Assembly: GCF_964204645.1 (NCBI RefSeq)
Contig: NC_134031.1
Location: 18,545,910-18,609,909, forward strand
Direction: 5' to 3'
DNA: 64,000 nucleotides
From: Tubulanus polymorphus
Lineage: Eukaryota; Animalia; Nemertea
Below are positions 24,962-39,000 of the stretch, piece after piece (position 1 is the stretch's first letter; each line of letters begins with the position of its first letter). A model generated the notes under the pieces. It saw only the letters and a list, made by a program, of their open reading frames with translations. It did not search any database and had not been told where the DNA came from. A program made the position numbers and the translations under genes.

Positions 24962-27900
24962 ATGACAACTACTAAGGAGGCCATAATTTGCTGCAACAAT
25001 GATGATGACGAGCAATCGTTGGAAAACGACAAAGTCGTCAATGACGCACCGCCACCGAAAGCTAAAGAACAATGGGGCAAAGAGATCGACTTTTTTCTGT
25101 CTTGTATTGGATACGCAGTTGGTTTGGGTAATGTTTGGAGGTTCCCGTATCTATGCATGCGCAATGGAGGCGGTGAGTAATGCATGTCAGAATAGACGAC
25201 AGCACGGAGGGTGTCATTCATTGCTCGTTGATTATCTATTTTGCGTGCAATATCTCTCCTCAAATGGCTGTAACACTAACATAGAAAAAACAAGTGATTT
25301 ACACAATCAGAGATCAGGTTCACAGTTCCACAATCATTTTCGGGTAAATTTGACTCAAGAATTTAATTAGTTCATTCCTAAAGTTTTAACTCTGGACTGA
25401 GTAAAATCTTTTCAAACTGTGGAATTGGGTCCTGCTTAACGGAACCATCTAGAGTTGATGGTTAAATGCTTTAATCTTAGAGTCAAATTCTAATCAAGAG
25501 CTATGAAACCTGTGGTTGTTTAGTTATTCAGCATTAGCCCCCGGCTCTGTTGTTATTGTTCGAGCTTCAAATTCTTCCACGATTTTATCATTTTAGGAGC
25601 GTTTCTGATACCGTATTTTACGTTCATGTTCATTGCGGGGATGCCTCTATATTTCCTCGAGCTTTCTATTGGACAATACTCAGGGAAAAGCCCGCTGGCC
25701 GTTTTTGATATAAGTCCGGTTTTTTCAGGTAGGTTACTGTTACGAACTGTGTGAAATATTGAGCCAATACCTTAAGATAATAACTGTATAGCACTGTAGA
25801 GTTTTTCTTCAACTTCATCGATGCAGTTAGGTAGTTATAATTCAATTGCTTCCAATCTATTGTCTCATCTCTACGGAACCCTTTGGATTCTGAGATTCAG
25901 AATTGATAACACATTTTGAAAGAGTCTGAAACATGTGCTGTTCTCTAAATCAGACTGTAGGTGCAGTTTTCGCTAACCATAAAATGCTGGTGAACATCAT
26001 TTTAGATGATACAGGTGCTAGACAAAATTACGGATTATCATAATCATTATCATAATCGATACATTATCGACTAGACTAAAATAAATATTTTGCATACATT
26101 AACATATTCAATGATCCTTGATGAAATAGAACAAAAAGTATGATGAAATATCAAGCTACAACCCCCAGTTGATCGGCGGTTTCGAAGCTTAGATTAACTC
26201 CGAAACCGCCAGACAATAAACTCTTGGATATAGAAAAAATTAACCCCAATCAGTCACTTACCGGTTCAGACTGGTTGTAAGATTGTTTGAATGAACCGGA
26301 ACCGAATTTCTCAATTATGTACTTCGATTTGAAAGAAATTCTGAAATTCCTGTTTCGATCCCGGCAGCCGTGCCGGTCTTTGTAAGGGACACTAAAATCA
26401 TAAACAAAAATCAAACAAAATCGACCAATCAAATAATTATAGGGTTAATCCTTATTAAAGTATATATGATTAAAAATTGTGGGTTTCTACTGAACTCTAA
26501 ATACTGAGATTAATATCAGTCTTTCAGTTCATGATGAAATATCGTTGTAGGACTTGGCTATGCAATGGTGATTGAATCACTCATATTCACAGTTTATACA
26601 AACATAATCATAGCGTGGATCATGTACTACCTGGGGATGTCGTTTACGAGCTGGATTCCCGTGTGGGGGCGCTGCGACAACGCCTGGAACACGGAGAACT
26701 GTATCGTAACCGGTGGAGATCGAATGAACCCGAATTCAACAACATCGACGAATTACAGCTCGACAACTAATCAATCAACCGTTACTACAGCCGCATCCAG
26801 CTTCCGTATCTTTCACCATGGCAACGATTCGTTCTTGCCCTCCAATACATCGAATACATCTGTTCTAGGAAAACCGATGTCATCAGGAGAGGAATTCTGG
26901 CAGTAAGTGAAAAAATCGTTCCCCGTCTTGATCTTGTAAAATACTTACCATGATAGATATAGTAGAATAAGAACGATTCTCGTTGGAGATAAGATTAATC
27001 GGAGTAAAAGTAAATTGAAAACAGGTTGCTAAGATGAAGAAGATAACCGGCCTTGACCTTGAAAAAAAACTTCAAATTTGAATAAACTCAACCCAAAAAA
27101 ATGTTTAAAAAAACTAACTTGAAAGTTAATCGACGTCTTGAAAATAGCATTATCTAAGCGTTGCTTGGACCGATATGGTCGACAATGAATAGTACATGTT
27201 CCCTCGGCAGGGATGCGAACCTGATGGCATCTAGACCCAGCCACGGCACGAAACCCTGCCACACTAGACCGGTTTAGCGCACGAAAGTCACTGAGGCAAA
27301 TTTCACGGATGAACTGTGAATTAAAAAATCCGGGTTAAAAAAAAAACAGTAAAGTAATTTTGGATATGAATATATTGAGAAGCAGTCTGACCCGATTACT
27401 GATGACGTAATGCACATCCACTCTCACAATATCCTATTTGCAATTAAAAAACTTTAAGTATATGAAAATAAACCAAAATAAAGAGCCATGAAATGCATTT
27501 CCAATATTCGCAATTGTAATCGTTATTTGAAACACCAATTTCGATGACGTAGTGCACATGGATTCGCACACTATCCTATGATTGACCCTGTATAGCAGTA
27601 TATGATATTTTTGTAACGGTTTTTACGGCGTCGGATAATTTAGATTTGCACGTTCTAGATTTGTGTTAAAACTGAGAGCTATTGTAGAAAACTTTGATAC
27701 AAAGGTTACCAGGATGATACAACTATTTAAGATGAAAAGATAAATCAAAGAGAATCTGTTTATTGTTGAGAACTGTGTACTCAATAAGGGCTCGTCTACG
27801 AAATGGCGATGAACAAGAAATGGCTAGATGTATTCTACGTGAAAGCAGTAAAGAATCTTAGTTGCTGAAACTATTTTAGTAAAATTTCCCCTAACTCTCT

Positions 27901-30900
27901 ACGTGTAATACACCAGACGGGAGACGAAATAAAGCTGAACGCACGAATGAAATAACGCATAATACGATGATGGTAGTAATATTTGTCACGATTTGGTGAT
28001 AATCAGCTTATTTACTTTTTCATCGCTGAATCGAGCGGTAACGCAATAATTATATGGCAGTTTTTTGTCGCATGAAATCCTATGTCAATACAGAAAGAAA
28101 AGCTTTCGAAATGATTCCGCGCGCTTATGATCTAATCTGATGTTTTGACTAGATCCTAATATCCACATTCAGGAATACAAAGGATTGTCGAAACATTGTT
28201 AAAGTACCTCATTAGCTGATCGAAAAATTTCCGTTACAATAATGCTATATGCATTGATAACAGTATGCGATATTTATGGGGTTCTGTGTGAGTCGATGTG
28301 CACTACGTCATCAATCTTGGCGTTTCAAAATAATGATTACAATAATTGTGAATTTCGGCAGTATTTTGTAGTTGAATACATTTATTAGCTCATATAGAAT
28401 GTTTGTGTTTTAATTGTTATTCAAGAGGATGTGTCAGCAACTAATCGGGGCTAGACTGGTTGCCGGTTGATTCCATTCACTTATTGATATATTCAAATCC
28501 AAAATAACTGTATTGATCCTTAATATTATATTGTTTATATCATATTATTTATTGTCGACAATATTGAGTAATATGTGTGTTATTTTACAAGGCATCAATA
28601 AACTTTCAAGTTAGTTTTCTTGTATCTTTCAAAATGTGGGATTTTGTATTTTTGGCTCTTTATTTTTGCCTAAATTTACTTGATAAGAATAGATTATGAT
28701 GGTCTTCTATACTTTGAAATTCGTATGTTCACTGTATTATTACAGATATAAAGTTCTGGAGCTTACGGATGATATCGGGAATCTAGGCGGCTTCCGTTGG
28801 GAGCTTGTCGTCTGTTTGTTAGCCACGTGGGTTATCGTGTTCGCGTGTTTATGTAAAGGCGTCCGATCGTCAGGAAAGGTAATAAAACCGTTAGACGACA
28901 ATGTACTGACCTACAGAACTCCATCCTAGCCTGCCAGGGTTTGGTTTCCGCGCTTACACAAGCGCGAGCTTTCGGCGGGCAGCAACAAAATCCTGGCAAG
29001 CGACAGAACTCTTCATTGTGATAGAATATCAAACAAGTGATCATCGGATTCCTTTGTTTCCAGGGCTCAGTTTTATGAATAAGTTGAAGTTTTAAACGGT
29101 TAGGTTTGAAATGTAATTCTCATTTTTTGAAGACAAAGAAACTGGGCCCAACTGAAAGTTACGGCTTATACAAATTAATTGATAATAATACTTGTGTTTA
29201 TTCTAAGGTGGTGTACGTGACGGCTACCGCTCCGTATTTGTTCCTGATCGCTTTGTTAATAAGAGGTGTCACTTTACCCGGGTCTTTGAACGGTATCATG
29301 TACTACGTCAAACCGGATTGGAGTAAACTTCTGTCATTCAGGGTGCGTATTTTGTCTACTTTACGGTTCCTGTTCGGTAAATAGTGTAAATGTTGTTTTG
29401 ATATCATCGCTGGGAAATTGCCAAACAGTCGAATTGTACATGGAAAAGTTCTTGTAATTTCAATGCAATGGAATTTATCAAGATTATCATAAAATGTCGT
29501 AAGTGGAGAAAGCGGTGCACAAAACGTATCGGGTAATGGCTCTAAAACCGGTGCAGCCCCTAATCCCAACATATTTAGGCCCGTTTCGAGGACAGCGCTT
29601 TATTCCAAAATGGCACAAATATGTTTGGCAAAATGCTCGAAAACACTATTAACGCCAACCAAAGTTTTCCCGACCTTACCCTAGACTCAAACCCACAACC
29701 TCCGTTAGTGTCAAGTTAGTGCCCTAACTACAGTGATTGAACTGTAACTCAGGATTTGTCTGGTCAGTACGGTGATCGTTTGGCTGACAGTAGTGACTCG
29801 TATCGTTGACCCAATCAGTGTTTTCTAACGGACCAATTGGTAGGAACTTTCGAAGATAGTTCCGGTATATTTCCACCGAAAAGGTATTTTTCTTTTAGGG
29901 AAAACTAGAATGTTAACAAACTCATGTATAAAACAATTCCAGAATATCTTTTTTCAATACTGATTATAATGTCGGACCATATGTAAATTTCAAAATTGTT
30001 TCGCCTAATAGAAATGGGCGCTAAAGGCTTCAGGGGGTTTCGCGGGAGCAACCCCTTGATGCCATGAAAATAATTTTTTTAGATATGGTCGGAAGCTTGC
30101 TTGCAAATATTCTACTCCCTCGGTGCAGCGTGGGGTGGCCTCATTACAATGGCTAGTTATAACAAATTCAATCACAATATATACAGGTTTGTTTTAGGTT
30201 ATTTCAAGGTATAGAATTCGGTATCTATTTCTCACAAAATCGTGGCCTAAAAATTACTGTGAATTTGACGCAGCTGTTTAAAATATTGGACATCGTGTGC
30301 TGCTAAAAAATTAAATTAAATCCTTTTAGATTGACAGTGCTTCCAGTTAAAAAATAGTATTTTTTCGTTGTAGCTAGTTTAAAATGCCACAATTCAAAGA
30401 ATTACTTACATTAGTTTCTTCTGGTGTTCATCAGTCTAAAATTGAGAGCTTTTTTGGACCGACGAAAGGCAGTATAGAAAATGCCGGGAATATTTCAATT
30501 TTTTAAAAAACTAAATTAAATTCAGTCATTTATACGTGTATTTATATTTTCACGGATATTGGGATATCGTTATTCGATAACTGTTTCATACATCGCAATT
30601 ACTTGAACCGAAAAAGTGTTTTTCGCTATTTCAGGGATGCGATAGTGATACCTTTTGTAACATGCGGCACAAGTTTCTTCGCTGGATTCGTCATATTTAG
30701 TGTGATTGGTTTCATGGCTCACGAAGCGAATTTACCTGTAGAAGAAGCGGTCACCTCGGGTACGTTTTGCAGGACTGTTTAGGTCTAGTGATTCAAGATT
30801 TTGCGACCCAATTATCTTAAGATTTCTACATTTATATTGGTTCTTGGGCTTCCATGAGACCCATATTCTCGTATATACTGTATGTCTGCCGTTCTGTCTG

Positions 30901-33900
30901 GGGACTGTCTTCAACTACTTAGCTTCGTTTATTGCGGGACGATGTTGACGAAACTTGACTATAATGATAGTATGGGGGTCTGTGCAGTGCAGGGAATGGG
31001 CCCAGTGCTCAACTCAATTAATTACAGTGACATGACCTTAAACTGAAGTCAAAATTAAGAAAATCGTCGAAACAAATTTTGCTCTTGGTCCTAGAAACAA
31101 CATATCCAAAATGCGATGGGAACGAACGTATGGTAAATTTGGGAGTTCGAGTTTGAGGGTAAGAACCGTTATCGCCTATGGCTTGTTTTCCTCTATGATT
31201 TACACAGGTCCAGGTCTGGCGTTTATCGCGTACCCGATGGCTCTAGCTAAGATACCCGGCGCGCCCATCTGGTCGGTGATGTTCTTCTTGATGTTGTTCA
31301 CAATAGGATTGGATAGTCAGGTAAATGTTTAGATTTCTGTTCACGCAAATCGTTACAAATCACATTTCTGATTTAAATCCAGATTTCTGTTCACGCAAAT
31401 CGACTTTTCAACATTTTGAATTTCAGTTCGTTACGTTCGAGACTTTCATCAGCGCTTTCGTCGATAAATTCCCGACGATCAGAAAACGTAAAATGTTGTT
31501 CGTGATCGGTTCATCGATTGCCTGTTTTCTTATGGGTCTCATATTCTGTTCAAGAGTAAGTATATGTATATATCTGTACCGTGTAGTTGTCGGTTAGAAC
31601 ATCGAGATCAATTCATTAATGACTCAACTCAATTATATTATAAAAAGATCATAAATATTGTATGAGATTAACTTGAATTTTGTAATGAACACATGGCTCC
31701 CAAACTAACGCTTAATTTGATCCAGTTCCACGGATTTTATTCAGATTTTTTCCCGAACAAAATGGGCTTATCATCATTATTAATTCAGATTCGTGAAACC
31801 GGGCCCAGATCTACCACGGATTTTATGTAAACCTAATTTATAAGAATAATCAAAATCCCGATCTATAAAATATCCAATTTCCAGCACCACGTTTATGCCT
31901 CGCGTACCACAGTAGCCTTCCTACTATCTCTCACCGAAACGCCCGTTACCAAAAGTTTCCAATTCAGAAGTTTTTTACTTAAGTTTCATTCAAGTTAAGA
32001 TACTTACATAAGAAAAAAAACAAAGGTCGTACAAGATTGTCCAAGAGGGATCACCCTAAAAGAAAGCTCATCGGAAAACATGAACTCATTTTTTTTGAAA
32101 TACAGAGAAGAAACTTATGAATTTTTGAGTTTTTTTAGGTATTAATAATTTCTGTAAAATTTCGGGGCAATTTGACATTTCAAGGAGGGGATGCGCATTC
32201 GCTGCACCCTCCCCTTCGATCCGCCCCTGAAATACAACAGCACATAATATCAGATTAATGAAAGATGGTTTGTTTTCCGTTTTTAGGGTGGTATGTACTG
32301 GTTTCAGCTGATTGATTGGTTCATGGCTCTGTTCACATTACTGTTAGTCGGAATCTTAGAATGTATAGTCATCACCTACGTTTACGGTAACCTCACTTTT
32401 CTATACATCCACTAATCAAAAACTATGAATCGATAGACAATATTGATAATCGCGATGAGATGTGATAAGTTGTAGAGATAATCATCGCTCTGTGGGTGGC
32501 TCCACTTATGAACGTCGGTGTGCGATCGAATAAAGATTATTGTTTGTATATTTGTGTATTTGATGCAGCATCGTCGGCTCTGCGCATATAGCCAATATCA
32601 AAGGTCTAAACCTATCCTAGTATTTACCTAGGAAATAACTAAATCAAAGCTCCCTGGCGGCCCCGTTACCCAGCATTTACCCGAAACCAAATCAAATCTC
32701 CGGCTCCTACCCCCCTCTCCTCCATTTTGCTCTCGGAATACATAAAATCAAAGCTCCCCAGTCCCATAATCCTAGCATTCCAGTGGTGAAATAACTGGTT
32801 ACTCCTCAAGATACACACCGGGTTATCTTAATATTCTACTCTTAAACATCGGAAAACATCGTAAACGGTCTAAACATTTGGATACCGTGCAGTTTCGTAA
32901 ACATGTATATAGAATCCAAAGTCTGGGAGGGGTATACATAGCTCAGGCGTAATAAACTCTATGTAACCTTTTGAGCACTTTGGTAGTGTTGCGTGTGTAC
33001 GTAGTAAACCGCGGCCGGCGGATCGTTCCCTTAGTAACCGTCCGGGCTGCGGTTTCAATCAATGATGATATACGCTACGACGAATGTTTTTTATGAGTAT
33101 AATTGAAAATCTAATAAAACGTGAACATCATTTTCTAAATCCCGACAGGAGTTGGCAGGATTTACGGCGATATAGAAACTATGATTGGTTATCGACCCTC
33201 GATTATATGGAAAGGACTGTGGGGTCTATTGACACCTTTAAGCCTACTGGTGAGAGACTACTTCCAATATTGTTCCCGTCGCTGTAAAACATGTAGAGGA
33301 TGCCCCAAAAAGTGACCCATTTTCGACGAGTTATTTTGTCAACGATCGGATAAACTGATTTTATTGAAGATTTTGGCCAAAATAACCGTAGCGAATTAGA
33401 TCAGCAACGTCGGTAAAATATTTAGAGATTGGTCGCAAAATGTGCGAGTTCAAAATACCATGTTAAAAATGCGATATCATTAAATTACGATGAAGGTCGC
33501 GATGCTCGGATATTTCATTTTCTACAGGGTTCAGTTTCACAAAAGAGTTTGACCAAGCTTAGACAAAAAGACTGTCGTGCACTGTTTAATCACATCTAGG
33601 CTTGTAACACTGTTCTATTTATTAATATCAATTCGGTCGTCTTCATACCATTCAAAATGCTGCTGCTCCTCGCCTTATTGTGCAAAAACGTAATTTCTAT
33701 AGTATGATGCCAGTTTTTTTTTTCTAACTGCACTGGCTCATCTTCACCCGTCAAGGGATTCGAACCCACTACGCTAAAGCTGTTCCCCGAACTGGTGGAA
33801 GCGAGTTCGGGAGTGATACCGGGAACCTGGCAAGCGAGGATTGCACTGGCTACACTATTCAGAAACGCGGAGAGTTTAAAACAGTTGGTTTTAAAAGCAG

Positions 33901-35575
33901 TAATTGGTCTTTCCCTCTGTATATCAAAGAAATGTTGTCTCTTCATGGACCAAGTCGATACCTTCGATCCACAAATCCGAGTTATTTTGCCTCGTCTCGT
34001 GTACCTTTTGATATAACGTTTTTACGGGGGAAAGCTTTTGTCTAAATTCATGGAACAATCTACATATCAATTAACGCAGCTGTTGATGAATTTAAATCTG
34101 GGTATGAAAATATACCTTTTTAAACAACATTCTATTAAAATATAACTGCAAAGCAGCGATATCGGGTTTTCTGCATGGCCTTGTTCGTATTCTTGTTTTT
34201 GTCTGGTTACTGTCGACCACGATTGCTTGTATGCTGACGGAGCCGAACAATGCTATGAAAATGATCGGAATTTTGAATCCTCTTCAACGGTCAACACGGT
34301 TGCTGTTGATGAATTTAAATCTTGGTATGAAAATGTACCTTTTTAAACAACATTTTATTGAATTAGAAGGATGAAGTATTTGGCACAGGCCGAAAATGCT
34401 CGTGCAATGGCTATGCTGTTGGTTTCTTCGGGATTTCAGTGAGGACAACAATTCAACCTCAACTGTTTTAAGCTTAAACTTTTTCGTGAAAATTGACCTT
34501 GTTTTGAATTTGAGAATACGTGCATAATTTGCGACCGATATTTAACTTGCGTTAGTTTAATCATATCCTAAATCTAATCCCTAAAAGTTTTCAGTAAAAT
34601 CAGTTGATTTTACACTGAGAAAATACTTGTCAAAATGCGGTGCACTTTTTGGAATACCCGATATATTATAAAGTAGTACATCAAAGTTGTTGTTTTTTTT
34701 CGACGGAAATTCCACTGTTTATTGACCGTGAAAGAATATTCAATTCCTCATAGGTCACGCATAGACAGGAGATTATTCGTACATACAGACAAAAAAAGGC
34801 TGTTTTCTTTCCTTTTGTTCAGATATTCTTGACCTACGTGCTGGTAAAACAGGTTTGGCCCTATTACGGCACGTATAGATACCCTACTTGGGCGATTGGT
34901 ATTGGTTGGCTGATCGCTTTCGTATCGGCGGTACCTATCCCGTATTGTATGATAAAACAGATCTATCTTGCACCGGGGACATTTAGACAGGTAATTAATT
35001 GAAATTCAAAATACGCCACGAAATTGTTTTGTTCTGGTGCCAAAAACGCGGATTATCCCCACGCGACCTTTAAAAACCTAGGACAGCAGTGTGAAATGTG
35101 TTGTCATCATCCGTGACACTTGAAAAGATAACTTACGAATCATGTACAGGAGATAAGCTAATCCTGTTACTGATAGAAGTTGCGAAAAAAATCCCCTTCC
35201 CCTGAATGGGACTGAACAGGTTGAGAGAAAAGGTTGAACTCAGTGAGCTGAAGGTAATCTGTTGATAATACACTGCTGATGCTCAGCAGGTTGAGAAAGA
35301 AACCTTGAACCTACCACGCCCTTGACCTTCAGCAGATTAGAGACCTCAAACCTGTACAGGGGATCGAAATATCTCCCTCTCTTTGGGCAGGAAACATCCA
35401 TTTTTGTTATAAGAGGGAAAATGTTGATGAAAATGTCGTCTTTTTTCAGCGATTTGCTCGTTCATCTCGTCCGGCGCCGACCTGGGGCCCGAATATCGTT
35501 AAGGAACGAATCGACGACGAAAAACTGATAATTCCAACATCGAATTCATTTATTCTCACAAAAATATCCAAATGA
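24962..35575 (+). CDS. SLC6 Na+/Cl- dependent amino-acid transporter (GlyT-like), paralog 2, 642 aa, 13 exons
   Basis: Exons 24962-25172, 25597-25728, 26551-26902, 28746-28878, 29208-29342, 30083-30186, 30635-30759, 31208-31320, 31427-31555, 32287-32386, 33149-33249, 34823-34990, 35450-35575; internal exon sizes identical to paralog 1; AATAAA at 35643. Confidence 0.95.
27200..27272. repeat. Solo fragment of the TIR of the 62449-63039 element
   Basis: gcagggatgcgaacctgatggcatc...cagccacggcacgaaaccctgc matches the 63-bp unit. Confidence 0.75.
27350..28510. mobile_element. Old non-autonomous DNA element with long degenerate inverted ends
   Basis: taattttttggatatgaatat vs atattcaaatccaaaata; gatgacgtagtgcacatggattcgcaca (27543) vs tgtgagtcgatgtgcactacgtcatc (about 28287); the inverted matches are nested in order. 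Confidence 0.55.
34079..34358. repeat. ~55-bp direct repeat pair
   Basis: gctgttgatgaatttaaatctkggtatgaaaatrtacctttttaaacaacatt at 34079 and 34301. Confidence 0.8.
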
Positions 35576-36029
35576 TCACCGTAATTAGTTAGCCGTAGTA
35601 ATTAATATGCACACATATCTATAATTTCTTTTTCTAGCATTGAATAAAGTTCTTGGGTTGTTTTTTTTCTTGTATATATTTCGATTGTTTTCGTTGATTG
35701 TGAAGTCGGAATTATCACGAATTTGTGACTGTTCCGTTGCGCCGATTTTCATTACCATTGCCATTTGTCTTTTGGCGTTAATTTCCGTGAATTTAAACCG
35801 TAACGGGCGTCATTCATTTACAACTGAGTAACCCCTTTGAGAGTTGAATGGATCTTGATTTACGTTAGTCAACCGGCTGGATTCCATGGTATTTTTCCAC
35901 TGACTTGCCCTGGCGAATGATAGTTGCCGCGCAGTACAATACCGCTCGCTGGTTGCCAGACCTCAGAACTTGTTTGCACGTCACAGCTGTTAGACGCGCT
36001 TTCTGATAACTGTGTCAAACTATTTGATC

Positions 36030-39000
36030 ATGAAGGAAATTGTAACAACTTGTTGTAACGAAATGATGGTCGAAGAAGATTGTGGGAAAGGTGACAATGA
36101 AAAACCAAAAGCTAAAGAACAATGGGGCAAAGAGATCGACTTTTTTCTATCGTGTATTGGATACGCAGTTGGTTTGGGTAATGTTTGGAGGTTCCCGTAT
36201 CTATGCATGCGCAATGGAGGCGGTAAGTTTTTAAAATCTATCTCGCGCTATCCGTTTATTATTTAACGGGTTATTTTAGACTCGATCGCGGCTTGAATGT
36301 TGCCGAATATATATGATATATTCGTTATGTTTTCCGCTGATTGCAGGTGCGTTTTTGATTCCGTATTTCACGTTCATGCTGATAGCCGGAGTTCCGTTGT
36401 ACTTCATCGAGTTAAGTATTGGTCAGTACTCCGGAAAAAGTCCGCTCGCTGTCTTCGATTTGTGTCCACTATTTTCCGGTAAGTGAAAATTGAGTAGTCG
36501 ATTTTTTTCATCACTTTTAAGTGAATACTCAGCTGTATTATATAGCGATTGACCTGAAGTTCCGAACCACTTAATGTACCATCAATTGCCGGAAAAAAAT
36601 TCTAATCATTCTTTCTCTTTCTACGTAAAAAAGATCTACATTGATTTTGTTTATTAAGGTCGAAATTCTTCTTATTTGAATTTAATCGTTTTGAATCATA
36701 TTCGAAATTTCGTTGCTCACAACACTGGTAAATTTCCACTCGTTTTCTTACGTTTATAATTTGTCGCGCACGCGCATAGCCCAAAGACTGTGTCGGGTTT
36801 TAAGTGAATTTGTTTTCGTTTGGAATTTCATTCACGAATCGAGTGTTCTACTTATTGTATTTACGAAACTTGCCGAACGTGTTTCGACGGAACCGGTTTT
36901 GACTGAATTGTCTCGTATTCCGTTATGGCATCTCTTTGGGGGGTATGTTCGGGCGCATTGTCTCCTATGGAGAACGAACAAGTCGAAATTGACTTTAATC
37001 AGTAGGCTAGTAAGAAAGAAAACAAGTTCATTGCCTGAAAATAATAGTTAAAACACAAGTTTGTTTTCAGTCAAACAGTATTCAGAAATTGCCAGCCGAC
37101 ACTATTTTCCAACTGCCTTTTTTAGTCAGAACTTGCTTACTGATATAGTTTTGAAAATTAAATCTAGCTGAAATTTCACATTTTCCGTGAAACATCGATC
37201 ACGCGGCGTTGAGTCTATTTTTACAATATGTACATAAAACATGACTCATTGAACTCCCAGGTTCGGGTAATTTTCTATCTGAATCACGTTTTCATTTTGC
37301 GGAAAATATTTCCGACTCGAAGTTTGACACCAGTGGCAGTAAATCGGTCTGATTTTTTTTCACCCTTAATCTTCTCGATCGTTAGATAATCGTCGAAAAG
37401 AATCTCACGCGGAGTAATCTCGAATTCTGAGGTCAACGGTGACTCGTTTTTCTAAATATTCTGTCGTCAATGTGATAAAAAAAGAATCGCTCGGGCGTGT
37501 GGGGCTACGGTAGTTTAATTAAGAATACGTCTGTCTATGTATTTCGTGTGCGGCTTGTCTCCGAAACGACAAGAAAATACTCGCGAGGGAAATTCCGTTT
37601 CTGAACTCGAAGGCTGAATTTTTAATGTCTGCAGTGACGGCCGGTGTCGGTGCCATATGCGAGTGGAAATTTCCATTCTTCGCGCTGTTCACGTGTTACC
37701 ATTGAGTCGGTTTTACTATGGATTTCATTATTATGCACCGCTTAAAGCTAATCGCATTCATCATATTCACTGGAATTTACATAAAAGCGTGTTCGATATT
37801 CTATATACTTAAGTAAATCCGGTCGTGGCTGTTCTAACGCGCAGTTACGCTTGCTTGAATTTCACGAAATGGTTCCGATTATTAACGTCACGCTGTGACC
37901 TTGAACTTCGAAAAAATTGAAAATTCATCCCGAATTATTTTCCTTATAAAACAACGAGAAAAATACATATTTTAAATGAACAATTCTTTCTGTGTTATTG
38001 TTTTTATTTGGTCTCCGTGTTTTGAAGCTAGAAACAAATATGTGGCGCCAAATATGAAATCAAAAACAATTCCTCGTAAGAAAAACAACGTGAAAATCGC
38101 ACGAAAAAAACCCTATGAATTTTGTTTTTCAGGTCTGGGCTATGCCATGCTTATTACGTCATTAATTTGTACAGTGTACTACAACATGATTATCTCATGG
38201 ATTCTGTATTATATCGGCATGTCTTTTACAAGTTGGAATCCTGTTTGGGGAAGCTGCGAGAACTCGTGGAATACAGAAAATTGCCGAGAGTCTGTAGGCA
38301 GCCTAGGCCTATCATCACCAAACTCTACCGTCTTTAATGAGACTCTGCACAACGTATCATACATTTCTTCCCCGAATCACGCCTTGTACCAATCGAATTT
38401 CACCGCAAATCATACGAATTTAACGAGTAAAAAATATATGTCTTCAGGAGAAGAATTTTGGCAGTAAGTTTTCTTTTTCAACGCAGCGAAGAGCGAAATC
38501 TCCCCGCGCTCTATCACTCTCTATCTCTCTTTTTCTTGCTCTGTTTCTCATGTCACGCATCAGGGTCGAAGTCTTCACATCATGTTGGAGTTCGTTTTGG
38601 CGACGGTGGTGGACGGCGTGGTTCTTGCGCTATTTCAGCGAAATAGAAATGATAGATTGTTTCGTTTGACATGTATTTTTCATAGATTTATTTTTTCGTC
38701 AATTTTACAGATATAACGTGCTTGAATTGACCGACAGAGTCGAGGATTTAGGAGGTCTCCGATGGCAGTTGGTTTTATGTCACACGGTTGGATGGCTGAT
38801 TGTCTTCGCCTGTTTGTGCAAAGGTGTTCGATCATCTGGCAAGGTAAGAAGACATCACTAAGCCATCAATTTCATTAGAGATAATGTTATGAAATTAAGT
38901 CTTTTTCCCAATTTAATCAATTAATGAATATAAGATATATGAATAAATATTCAGTACTCTTGTGACAACTGATAAGAAAAGCTGACAAGAATTTCTAGAA

